Both the position numbers and the translations under genes were made by a program. Under the pieces are notes generated by a model. It was not told the DNA's origin. It did no database searches and saw only the letters and a list, made by a program, of their open reading frames with translations. 64,000 nt of DNA, taken from positions 98,890,001-98,954,000 of the forward strand of contig OZ024741.1 of the NCBI GenBank assembly GCA_964016885.1, read 5' to 3'. The stretch is from Eledone cirrhosa. Lineage: Eukaryota. Of the stretch, positions 42,054 to 55,117 are shown in pieces; within the stretch, counting starts at the first letter, position 1, and each line of letters opens with the position of its first letter.

Positions 42054-42117
<64 letters not shown>

Positions 42118-42299
42118 ATCTACCAAATGTTTACGGTAGTGTCCAATCCGTATGAAGAACTCAATGTAATCCGGATATCATGAAAAGAGAAGATGCATTC
42201 AAAAACTACTTTCGGTGAAAAATAAACGGAAAACAGAGTCAAGATAAATTAATAAAATAATGAATAAACAAAGAAACAGTTCCTTATATTAAAAAAATT

Positions 42300-42448
42300 C
42301 AACATTTTACGATCGTTTCTAGGATATATATGTGTTAGAGTTGGTATGCATATTCTATAGATCTATGTACAATATTTACAATATTTATACAAACTATCAG
42401 AGGGAATATACATACCTACACATATATATGCTGTCTTCAGAAATAATG
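42300..42448 (-). ncRNA. Type I hammerhead with extended stem II (left arm)
   Basis: Reverse complement of 44940-45088. Confidence 0.72.
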
Positions 42449-43059
42449 ATATTTGTTTATTGAAGAAAACAAAGATTCAATACAATAGGTCTGTTTGGGA
42501 ACAGGTTTTGAATTGACCAATAGATAGATAGTGAGGGTCAGGATAGTAATATAGTAGTAGAAGAACCTTAAATTATGGGTAGAGGAAGGTAGATTTCAGT
42601 TTTGGATGGAAAAGAATATTATGAATGAAGAATATTCTGACCTCAGAAATAATTTTATTTTTTCATTGAATAAAACCAACAAAGATCTAATATATTCTGT
42701 CTGTTTGGTAAGAGCTTTAGAATTAACCAATAGAAAGTTAATAATTGGCCAAATGGTAAAATAGTAGTAATTGAAGCTTATTTTAGGGGTGAAAATAGGT
42801 CAGGTAGTCAATAAAAGGTATACAAGCAGTTGCTGTTATAAAATAGTAATGCCTATACAAATATCAAAGGTGACTAAATTTTTAAGATAAGAATGTTAGT
42901 GAAAAAAGTACATCTATGAAAAGAATATAAATTAATTTAATTGATGGGTATATTTATATTGATAAAATTATACTAATACATATAGATATGATAAATAAGA
43001 GTTAGATGCAGTTGAAAAGTGCTGTTAAATATGAGGGGAAATTAAAAGAATATAAAAAT

Positions 43060-43093
<34 letters not shown>

Positions 43094-43108
43094 CACATAT
43101 ATACACAT

Positions 43109-43184
<76 letters not shown>

Positions 43185-43268
43185 TTATATATATATATAT
43201 ATACATATATATACACACATACACACACAGATACACACATATATATATATATACATATACATATATAT

Positions 43269-43323
<55 letters not shown>

Positions 43324-43407
43324 GATATATACATAGATATAGATATATATACATAGATATAGATATATATACATAGATATATACATGCATATATACATAC
43401 ATACACT

Positions 43408-43749
43408 AAGGACTCAATTTATTCATATATAGGAGCTACCTCTAACAAATTTAAGGTAAGATTTAATACCCACAAACATAGTTTTAAAAATGCCGCACTA
43501 GCTAATACAACATCTCTAGCTGAAATAATAAATAGTTATAGAAAGAGGAATATAGAATATGACCTGACCTGGAGTGTGCTCAAAAGGGCCACCCCTTATC
43601 AAAATAGTAGAAATGAATGTAGATTATGTTCCCAAGAACTTTTTGAAATAATGAAATCTAAGGATATCCTATTAAATAAGCGACAGGAATTAATAATATC
43701 GTGTAATCATAAACTGAGAAAAATCTTTAAATATTATAAACCTAATTAA
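43408..43749 (+). pseudogene. Penelope GIY-YIG endonuclease C-terminal fragment (open frame, no start)
   Basis: Manual translation [26 protein letters not shown]...WSVLKRATPYQNSRNECRLCSQE...LLNKRQELIISCNH. Absent from the ORF track. Confidence 0.88.
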
Positions 43750-44155
43750 TATACACTTTAGAAATTAATTTATAAATTATCTTTAATTTAGTTAACCTAT
43801 AATTAATATTCTACTACTGATGAACTACATAATTTTGCTTTCCTTCTTACAAATATCATTTCCTAAAACTGATACCATTAAGTAAACATATATAATGCTT
43901 TAACTTCAGGTTATGACTCTATGTTCCTTGAAAACTATATATATTTACTATTTCTCACTAATAAATTTAATCCCCGCCCCCCAATAATTATATGTATATA
44001 TAAGTGTATATGTGTGTGTATATGTAAGTGTATGTATGTATATATGCATGTATATATCTATGTATATATATATATGTGTATATATATGTATATGAATATA
44101 TATATGTGTGTGTATGTGTGTATGTGTATATATATGTATATATATATATATATAA

Positions 44156-44215
<60 letters not shown>

Positions 44216-44224
44216 ATATATGTG

Positions 44225-44307
<83 letters not shown>

Positions 44308-44939
44308 TTTATATTCTTTTAATTTCCCCTCATATTTAGCAGCACTTTTCAACTGCATCTAACTCTTATTTATCATATCTATATGTATTAGTATAATTTT
44401 ATCAATATAAATATACCCATCAATTAAATTAATTTATATTCTTTTCATAGATGTATTTTTTTCACTAACATTCTTATCTTAAAAATTTAGTCACCTTTGA
44501 TATTTGTATAGCCATTACTATTTTATAACAGCAACTGCTTGTATACCTTTTACTGACCACCTGACCTATTTTCACCCCTAAAATAAGCTTCAATTACTAC
44601 TATTTTACCATTTGGCCAATTATTAACTTTCTATTGGTTAATTCTAAACCTCTTACCAAACAGACAGAATATATTAGATATTTGTTGGTTTTATTCAATG
44701 AAAAAATAAAATTATTTCTAAGGTCAGCATAAGACCTATTTCTTCCCTAAAATAATCCTTCATTCATAATATTCTTTTCCATCCAAAACTGAAATCTACC
44801 TTCCTCTACCCATAATTTAAGGTTCTTCTACTACTATATTACTATCCTGACCCTCACTATCTATCTATTGGTCAATTCAAAACCTGTTCCCAAACAGACC
44901 TATTGTATTGAATCTTTGTTTTCTTCAATAAACAAATAT

Positions 44940-45088
44940 CATTATTTCTGAAGACAGCATATATATGTGTAGGTATGTATATTCCCTCTGATAGTTTGTA
45001 TAAATATTGTAAATATTGTACATAGATCTATAGAATATGCATACCAACTCTAACACATATATATCCTAGAAACGATCGTAAAATGATG
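44940..45088 (+). ncRNA. Type I hammerhead with extended stem II (right arm)
   Basis: CATTATTT-CTGAAGA-[~114-nt self-complementary insert]-GAAA-CGATCG-TA-AAATGATG. Confidence 0.75.
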
Positions 45089-45138
45089 AACTTTTTTAAT
45101 ATAAGGAACTGTTTCTTTGTTTATTCATTATTTTATTA

Positions 45139-45200
<62 letters not shown>

Positions 45201-45305
45201 GTTTTCTGCTCTACAATTGAGCTCATACCATTTCGACAGCAGAGGAGTAACTTTTACTAGTCATAACTAGTAACATCCCAGCAACACACACACACACACA
45301 CACAT

Positions 45306-45416
<111 letters not shown>

Positions 45417-45481
45417 GAAAGGTATAGAAAACGTTGTAGCGAAAATCCAACAGTATTCCATAATATATAATATATATATAT

Positions 45482-46090
45482 ATGGTGGCTGCCAACTCGT
45501 TTTCGAGTACGGCCACTACTTTATATCCATGTAGGAGAACCCCTACCGATGCGCTGAACGAGTGTGACTTTTTAGTCCAGCCAGCGACTTGAAAACTCTG
45601 GTACAAACACTACACTTGTGACAATTATTGACACATAGTGCTGGGCCCATGGTACCATGTGACGACAAATGCAGAGAGATCTCCAGATATAAAGCAATGC
45701 CTGTGCCGTGAAGCTTTTATAGTGAGCAAAGGCACTGCACAAAGCCAGTCCCACTCTCTTAACCAAGATAATATTTACCAAAAAGAATAACAAGTCAACA
45801 TCATTGGATACCATCAGGGTTGCAAGGTGTTATATCAGAATTTTCCTTCTCCTAGAATTCTGCCTTGACAAAGCTAAGGGGTCATCTCTCCCGGTGATTG
45901 TGGGTGGCCATTGACTCTTAAGAACTCCTTTGCCCTTTGACAGGTTTTGTTTTTAGTCCTGTAGGATGTCCAAAATCGCCCTCCTCACCAAGAAACCTTG
46001 GTGGGGTTGCCAGTTTAGTCGCCAACGACCCGACCATGGGACAGGTTGTACTTGGATACATGTTACCAGTAGCACCAACTGGTGACCTGA
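45482..46090 (-). mobile_element. ~610-bp non-autonomous RTE-related element, copy 2
   Basis: Nearly identical to 36965-37578. Confidence 0.75.
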
Positions 46091-46301
46091 TATATGTATA
46101 TATGTACGTTTGTATATATATATATCTATATATATATATTGTTATACTTTGGGAGGGTCATGTTGCCAATAAGAAACACACGCACCAGTTGCTTTCACTT
46201 CAATTTATTATATATTTATAAATTTATAAATTTACAAATCTACAAACTTATAAATATCTGGTTGGTTGGTTGGTTCCACAACCAGATCGTTGTTTATATA
46301 T

Positions 46302-46346
46302 AGTCATAGTCCTTTCGTCACACACTCTGTGACCTCTTCAGTGACT
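46302..46346 (-). ncRNA. Minimal type I hammerhead at the 3' end of a Penelope-like element
   Basis: Reverse strand AGTCA-CTGAAGA-G-GTCACA(GAGTG)TGTGAC-GAAA-GGAC-TA-TGACT. Confidence 0.7.
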
Positions 46347-46619
46347 GGGGATTCCTTTCTTCGTTTCTGTGCCTTTCCTTTCTTCTATCCTACGCCATTT
46401 TGTTTCTGTGTGTGTGTTGTGTGCTCAGTTTGCGCATGCGCCACATCCGGGTGTCTGTGTGTGTTTGTGTTCATTTATCTATTTGTTTATTTATTTATTT
46501 ATTTATTTATTGTTGGTTGGTTGTTTGTTCTATGTGTGTGTGTGTTTTCATTTTGTCCTGTGTGTGTTTTCATTTTGTGTGTGTTTTCATTTTGTCCTGT
46601 GTGTGTTTTCATTTTGTCC

Positions 46620-47296
46620 TTAATTGTAAGTTGTGATGTTGCTGTTCCACTTATATTTTCTATTTAATTTTGGTTTTAATTCTTTTATGCTTACTGCCTC
46701 TGTAATTTGCCTAAACATTGCGTCTTTTCTGTGTGTGGATTCTATTTTTATTTTTATGCTCTCTAATCTACCCCTGTGTTCTATCTTAGCATGTTGGTAG
46801 AGCACAGATGATTCTTTATTATCTTGGAGGTCTCGCCAGTGTTCATTTATTCGTTCCCCTATACTACGAGCTGTCTCACCTATGTACACTATATTTTTGT
46901 TTCTACATTGTCCTTCAGTACATCTTATGCTATACACTACATTTCTAGTTTTACAGTTAATATGGGGGCTTATTTTACAGGTTATACATTTCTTTTCTAT
47001 ACATGAGGGTCTTTGGAACGGGTATGTCTTGCTAATAAGTGTTTTTACGGAGGTACCAGGTCTTTCTACTATCTTAATATTGAGATTATGTTTATTTAGG
47101 GCCCTTCTAAATTTGTAGGCTAGTTCGCCTCTAGGGGTTGTATTGATGAACATTACACTCTGGTATTTATTGCTATCATACCATGAGTTTATTCTATTGG
47201 CCTTGTTCCTAGTTCTTTCTATTCTATTCCAAAATTTGCTCCTATAAAAGGGGCAGGTCCCATTTATGTCATTATTTACCAACAAATTCAGAAACG

Positions 47297-47297
<1 letters not shown>
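46620..47297 (-). pseudogene. 5'-truncated Penelope-like ORF with GIY-YIG endonuclease
   Basis: [60 protein letters not shown]. The upstream part of the listed ORF is (TA)n read-through. Confidence 0.9.
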
Positions 47298-47389
<92 letters not shown>

Positions 47390-48287
47390 TACGTACATAT
47401 ACATTCTTTATATATTCTATTCTCATAGTTCTGGGCAATGTGTTGTTATTGTCAATTGTTAGCACAATTATTTTGATAGCCTTACTTTTGCTCCAGTTAA
47501 ATAGATATTACATTGATCTGCATTGATGCCGTGTATAGATTTTTAATACATATTTCATATTTTTACCTCGTCTGTGTGCTACCCCGTTTATTTTTTTTTT
47601 TTCTTGCCACCTACTATCATTCTTTCTAATTTTCTCTCTCTCTCTTTTCTCCTCTCTCACTCTCTCTCTCTTTCTTTTTCTCCCAACTCTCTCTCTCTCT
47701 CTTCCTCTCTCTCTCTTACTATCTATCTCTATCTATCTATCTCTCTATCTAATATGCCTATCTAGCTATCAACTAATCTATCTATCTTTGTATACCAGTC
47801 TATTTGTCCGATTATGGTGGTTATGATTGCCAATAACGGTACTAATCATTTTGGTATTGCGGAGAAGCATCTAAATGCTGATGGTTCTTCTTCTTCTTCT
47901 TCTTCTTCTTCTTCTTCTTCTCCTCCCCCTCCTCCTTTTTCTTCTTGTTATTGCTATTGTATTTTACCGTTTCTGACTTACGTTTTTGAGATTTATTTAA
48001 AAGTGGGGTGATTTTTATAGTTAGGGCCTGAATATGATGCAAAACAACAAAGAGAGATAATGAGATATATTCCCATCTATACTGCGAGTACAAGGGCCAA
48101 TTCAACGCAAGTATGACAGCCAGTGTCATTGGCAACGAGGTTTGAATCTAACTCCTTGTCATCTCATGTTGGTGGATCACTCACTTGGTGTTGTCTTCCT
48201 TTAAATTGTAGCTTATGAGTTGATCTTGTTTGGAAAGTCTTAACGGTTCTGTATCTCCACCGTCTAATGCTGCTGTTGTTGCGGTTG

Positions 48288-48319
<32 letters not shown>

Positions 48320-49013
48320 GGTGGTGGTGGTGGTGGTGGTGGTGGTGGTGGTGGTGGTGGTGGTGGTGGTGGTGGTGGTGGTGGTGATGCTGCTGTTGCT
48401 GCTGCCGATGAGGATGGTGATGATGGTGGTGATGTTGCTGTTGATGCTGTGCTGATGAGGAGGATGATGATGATGTTGATGATGATAGTGTTGATGAGGA
48501 TGTTGATGATGATGATGATGATGATGATAATGATGATGTGAAACAAATATTCGCCCACAGTATTATATTGCAAGTATGCGATGACGACGACGACGCGGCG
48601 ATGAGGATGATGATGAGGAGGAGGAGGTGGAGGAGGAGGTATGAAGAGGAGAATGAGGATGATGATGATGAAGGGGAGGACGACGGCGGCGGCGGCTGCA
48701 GTCATAAGGGTTGTTGTTGAGAACTGAAAGACGTGCAGGACGTGAGTTCATTTAATTGAGAGAACAAAGAAAGAGTTTTCTATGAGTGAAGAGGATGTTG
48801 GTGGATTATTGAAGATCTGAAGTAAACGGGTGAACACGGGTATATAATTAGCATAATGGACGGGTGGTGTTGTACATCTCATCAGAGATTCGTGATCAGC
48901 ACTAATAGAGAGGTGCTAATCAGTTTGAACTTAAAGTATTGTTGTTGCTGTTGTTTTTGTTTTTGTTGATAATGTTGTTTATGTTGTTGCTGTTGCTGTT
49001 GATGTTGTATGGA

Positions 49014-49047
<34 letters not shown>

Positions 49048-49080
49048 GCTTTTGTTGTTTATGTTGTTGTTGATGATGTT

Positions 49081-49128
<48 letters not shown>

Positions 49129-49484
49129 GATGTTCTTGATGTTGATGATGTTGTCGTTGATGTTGATGTTGTTGTTGCTTTTGTTGTTGTTGTTGTTTTT
49201 GTTGTTGATGTTGTTGATGTTCTTGATGTTGATGATGTTTTGATGTTGATGTTGTTGTTGTTGATGTTGTTTTGGCTGTTGTTGTGGGCTGCTGTTGTTA
49301 TTGTTGTTGTTGCAGCTGTTGCTGATATTATTGTTGTTGTTGCTGCAGTTTCTGCTGCTACTGTTGCTTTTGCTGCTGATGCTGATGCCACAGTTGTTAC
49401 TTCTGCTGATGATGATGATGATGTTGTTAACTTCAACAAAATAACAATACGATGATGGCGATTGTAAATACGATAAAGATTTGA

Positions 49485-49896
49485 TGATTTAGGCACAAGG
49501 CCAGCAATTTGGAGGAGGGGAAAGTCGATTAAATCGATCTCAGTGCGTAACTAGTGCTTTATTTTATCGACCCCCGTAAGGATGAAAGGCAAAGCTAACC
49601 TCGGCGGGATTTGAACTCAGAACATAAAGGGCCGTAACTCGAAACCGTAAAGCTTATTTTCCTACGCTCTACTGATTCTGCCAATCCACCGACCTTTGAT
49701 GATAATAATTGTTTCTACTTTTGGCACAAGACCAGCAATTGCCCAGTACATTACTGGTACTTTATTTTATCGACCCCCGTAAGGATGAAAGGCAAAGTTA
49801 ACCTCGGCAGGATTTGAACTCAGAATAGCAAGGGCCGTAACTCTATGCGTCAAAGCATGGCGTCTGACCCTCTACCGATACTGCCAATCCACCGCC
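49485..49896 (-). mobile_element. Old plus young SINE in tandem
   Basis: Two reverse consensus matches. ATGATAATAAT flanks the young copy. Confidence 0.88.
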
Positions 49897-51029
49897 CTTT
49901 TATGATAATAATGAGGTGGTGATTGTGGTGGTATTTGTAATGATAGTTGGGTAGTGGTAGTGGTTGTAGTAGAGTTCGTGATGGGGAATGGTCTTATTGA
50001 TTGCTATTAGTCTCGTGATGATTGGTGTAGTAATAGAACTGGTGATGCTAGTCAAGCTGTTACTGGTGTTGTTTAGCTCCATGTCAGCTCTAATGAAGCA
50101 GATCTATAATGGTAGGGCTTCCATCCATGACCACTTCAGTTTTGTTTTTCAAATAGTGTATACAGGCTAACTTTATTTAATGCGTCTTTCCTTCCTATAT
50201 GACAGTGCAGTGAGATTTTTCAGGCGATTTTGCGACTGTAATTTCTAGTAGCTCAAGCATCAATATCAAATCCCCTTTCCATATCCCATCCTCCCATTAT
50301 TTACTCAACTGTAGTAAAATTGGCAGTGATGGTGGGGATTTGAACAGAGAGGTGATATCGGTGATGGTTCTGATGATACTGATGATAGTGGTATTGCATT
50401 TACAGTTTATACTGGTATTGCTACTGCTACTACTGAGGATGTTGTTGTTATTGTTTATCCACAGGTTAGCCATGATGAAATACATTTACTATGAAAGGCA
50501 TTCCAGCCGTGACCACATCGTCTTTTTTCTAAACGTAAGGTATCCAGAGCCACATTATCCAATATGTTAATTTAAAGAAGGCAAACTCTGATTTGAAGAA
50601 GATTTGGCTGCTATTTCTAGCAGGTTAAACGACCTCGTAAAAATACCGTTTCTCTGTTGGTGATACAGGTGCTGGTGATGCTGTTGAGGTTTATGCTCTT
50701 GTAGCTGCTGACAAACCGTGGTGATGTCAGTGATGTTTTAAATAATCATGATGTTGACTTTCGTTGTTATTATTATTGAATAGCATTCCGTCCGTGATTT
50801 AATGGCTGCTTCTTAAAAGATAATTGTAATTAGTTGCCTATTACCAGCCATTTATTTATATACATTATTGTTTTTTTTTCTTTGCTAGGGTGGTTTTTGT
50901 TGATGTTGTTGTTTTCATCAAATACACTAGTTTTTTTTTATAAGAGGAGAGCTATATGGTATTCTTCGGTTGATCCTGCACTATATTCTCTTCAGCTCAG
51001 TACTTAACTTCAAGGGCTGTTTTTCAATC

Positions 51030-51760
51030 ATTGAATGAGTCTCCACGCAGTTTCTTGAGCTGCTAGAAACCTACCACTGCAGCCACATACGAGCAAACTG
51101 GACAAGGGAGAATACTCTGAATAATGGTGTTCACCTCTGCATTGGGGTTTCCCTGAGGCTTGGCCTCCGGATCTGCAAGCCACACAAATGTCGCTGCGGA
51201 TCCACCATGGACTCTTTCGGCCTCCATCCGCTTTCCTGTCACTACAGTGCTGGCCGCCTTCCACGCCATGCCACCCTCAACGAGGTCATAAAGCATGGCT
51301 TGGATGCTGCAGGCTTCCCCTCCCAGATCGAGGTGGAGGGGCTGGACAGAGGGGATGGCAAAAAGCCAGGCGGTATGACCATATTCCCGTTCCACGGTGG
51401 CAAAACCCTCGTCTGGGATGCGACTTGCAACGACACTTTCTCCAGCTGCAACCTGGTGCAGTCTGCGATTAACACAGGTTCTGCTGCACTTCGGGCTGAG
51501 GAGGGTAAACTCTCCAAATATCGGTCGCTCTCCGACAGGTTTGTGGTCGTGCCCTTAGCAGTGGAGACTTCTGGTGTCCTTGGCCCTAGAGCTACCTCCC
51601 TACTTACCACCATAGGCGCTGAGCTGGCTAGCCGCAGGTGTGAGCCTCGCGAGATGGAATGACTCTTCCAGCGCATCTCCGTTACCATCCCCCGGGGAAA
51701 CACCTTCTCCATTCTGTCTGCCGGAGCCGTGGGGCGGCCAGCACGTGGGACCCCATTTGC
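51030..51760 (+). mobile_element. CRE-like non-LTR retrotransposon 3' end (restriction-like endonuclease)
   Basis: HPLSC..RHATLNEVI..DGKKPGGMT..LVWDATCNDT..AEEGKLSKY..VPLAVETSG. The catalytic PD reads PG. Confidence 0.82.
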
Positions 51761-53690
51761 TCGTAATACAGAGCGATAGGGAAGGCGAGAGAGATGGAGG
51801 CGATGACAGTGGGAGATCGGCTCTTCCATCTTCGGACACATTTACCAATTGTATGTTGCTGTTGATTTAGTAATATACTTGGAATTAGACAATTATTTAC
51901 AGTATATCTCCTCTCTCATAGGACAATAACATCACAAAATATCAATATTCTTATATCTCACAGTATATAGATATTCTATTATGCACAATCTAAAACAAAA
52001 AGTGGGATAGCCATGGGTGTGACGCTTTTGTTCAAATATCAGCTCACTCAAATGATTCCCTGGATCTAAATAACCACTTAAATACGTTTAAGAAGCTACA
52101 ACAATGCTTATTCTTCTTAGAATCCTCATCCCATTCTTTGAACGATGAGATGGTTGTGAGTAATGTTTAGTTTTGATATAGTTTTGATATGTTTACAAAT
52201 ATGACATGACCACGAATGGAAGTTCAGAGTCTGTGATACTATCTTAACGAGGTGAAAAGAAGTTAAATGGAGGAGGAACTTGACTAACTCCTCAGGCAAA
52301 TTAAAAAGAAAGGTTTTTTTTTTGGGGGGGGGTCTTACTTTTATTTATTTTTTGGGCTTAGAAATGCATATATATATGTGTGTGTGTGTGTGTAATTCTG
52401 GCCCATAAGTGCCTTTAGCGGAATCCACTCTGTTGCAAGCATACAGGCCAAATATTCGGTTTGTAGATGCCTTCCTCTTTCCTTCGCTCTTTCACTCCAT
52501 CTCTCACACCATTCTTCGAAACCAGGCTATCCTTCTCTGACCTAAAAACTTAAAACATCTACCGGTTTACCATTCAAGAATAGGCGAAAACCTGTCTCAG
52601 TATTATATTCGTTCTTTTAATGTCGGTTCAGAAACCTTGGACGATACGATCAGGTTTATTACTAAGCAATTACCTTTCTTATCCTACTGAATCGGTTATT
52701 ATAGGCGACCTTTAAGCAAGCGAAGTGTCGAGAAAAAATGTGACAGTGTGCAATTGAAATAGTGTCGTGTATGTGATTTAGTTTCAAATAGTGCAATATC
52801 ATGGCTGATAAGTGAAATAATAAAGAGATAGACCAGGAAATCACCAGACAAATCATAGCAGTAATTACCCAGGAGAATTAGATAAACATCACTAAACTGT
52901 GTATTGAAGAAACCTGACCTGTCAATAGTTAGCTTTACTCTGTGATAACTATCATTCTATTAAGTTTGATTTGTGTCATATTTCAGTTTTCATTAGGCTG
53001 CCCCACCAGTGCATACACTAACACAGGAGCATATATAACATATAAATGTATATATAATATTCATATGTATATATGTGTTTGTGTGTTAATCTATGTGTTG
53101 TATAAATACATATATATATGTATGTGTGAATACATATATGTATATATATATATATATATATATAAAAATATATGAATGTGTGTATGTGTAGAAGTGTGTA
53201 TACGAACGTATTAAAGAGAAATAATGTCGGTTAGGGACTGAGATTTGCCGTTGTCTATATTTTGTTGTTGTTTTGGCTGCTGTTATTGTTGTCTGTATGT
53301 GTAATTTAACACCAGCTTTGCAATCAGCAGTTTTGAAAAGGTTCTCAAATAAACACGTTAAATAGCTTCATACCAAACTGAAAGCTTGGGTCTTTTGATA
53401 AGACAGGCTTTCAAAGGTACCCTCACCAAATTGAGTAACATAACGCTAAATAGATAAGACGAAAATAGGACCGTTGCTAAATGAGGTTTATGGAGATGGC
53501 GTAATAGACAGGCAAAAAACAATCATACAAACAAACTGAAGTAACAGAATAAGCCAACTATACAAAGTATACTAAATATATAAAGCACTTCCGTTGAGCA
53601 ACTGTCAAAACACAAACAACACTGAGTTTATCAACGATACAGTCAGTACACACATACGCACATGCACATATACACACACAAACACACACA

Positions 53691-53765
<75 letters not shown>

Positions 53766-53770
<5 letters not shown>

Positions 53771-53955
53771 AAAAAGTATGACACCGACGGCAGAGCTCAA
53801 GCCGTTTCGACGGCTATTTCCAGAAATAGCGGTCGAAACGGCTTGAGCTCTAACGTCGGGGTCATACTTTTTCCTATGTCCCACTATACTACCCTAAGTA
53901 TTGAGTACTCTGGTGCGTTATGGTCCATCTGGTTCCTTACCACAATTCCTTTGTT
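53766..53955 (+). mobile_element. Hairpin-plus-tail element, copy B
   Basis: Homologous to 17077-17266. Flanked by (TA)n. Confidence 0.85.
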
Positions 53956-54005
53956 ATATATATATATATACACACATATATACATATATACACACACATA
54001 TATAA

Positions 54006-54103
<98 letters not shown>

Positions 54104-54310
54104 ATAACCTCATCTATGAAATGTGTATTTATGAAATTTAGTATTTATTTAGAAATATATGTAATGTGATATGGTTCTAAATATAAATTTCTTCGTTTGC
54201 ATAGTTATATGTAAATACATAAATATATTCATACATATGGACACACCCCATATATATATATATTATATAATTATATATAAATGTATTATATATATATATA
54301 TATGTGTATA

Positions 54311-54392
<82 letters not shown>

Positions 54393-54429
54393 GATATATA
54401 CATATATATGTATGTATATACATACCCAC

Positions 54430-54480
<51 letters not shown>

Positions 54481-54750
54481 GGTGAGTAATATTGTAGAAC
54501 AATAAAACTATGCATAAATCAGATACTATTGATCGTCTCTACTTATATTAAAACATGGATTACTACAGCATCACAACTTCACTTAAAGACATACCTATAC
54601 CGGGAAAAACTGAAAACACAAAACTTTTGATAGAAAAAACGGACTCTTTCATGCGGAGGCTTAGATGGATCGCTCATTTCCATGATCAGCGCTTAAAAGG
54701 AAATTTTTATAGAAAGGAACCTAATAATCTCGATTCATTATTTAACTCCA

Positions 54751-55117
54751 GGGCGGTGGATTGGCAGTATCGGTAGAGGGTCGGACGCCATGTTTTGCAG
54801 CATAGTTACGTCCCTTTACGATCTGAGTTCAAATCCCGCCGAGGTTGACTTTGACTTTCATCCTTACGGGGTCGATAAAATAAAGTACCAGTAATGCACT
54901 GGAAAATTGCTGGCCTTGTGCCTAAAGTAGAAACAATTATTTAACTCCAGGGCGGTGGATTGGCAGTATTGGTAGAGGGTCGGACGCCATGCTTTCCAGC
55001 ATAGTTACGTCCCTTTACGATCTGAGTTCAAAGCCCGCCGAGGCTGACTTTGCCTTTCATCCTTACGGGGTCGATAAAATAAGGTACCAGTAATGCACTG
55101 GGTAATTGCTGGCCTTA
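54751..55117 (+). mobile_element. Two tandem SINEs inserted in the Penelope ORF
   Basis: ATTATTTAACTCCAG precedes both copies (54737, 54936). The second copy is tail-truncated. Confidence 0.9.

Larger units (their letters stand above)
41041..42055. mobile_element. Retrozyme-like array: 317-bp hammerhead-bearing unit in tandem and inverted
   Basis: ~1.7 units on the minus strand (41041-41580) abut ~1.5 units on the plus strand (41581-42055). Units are near-identical and both ends run into (TA)n. Confidence 0.8.
42244..45143 (+). mobile_element. 5'-truncated Penelope-like element with an inverted terminal repeat
   Basis: Arms 42244-43407 and ~44027-45143 are reverse complements. They enclose a GIY-YIG fragment and each carries an outward-facing hammerhead. 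Confidence 0.88.

Noticed and set aside
41041-42055. CRISPR-like or satellite interpretation of the array
   Set aside because: No unique spacers, eukaryotic context, and only ~3 units with an internal inversion.
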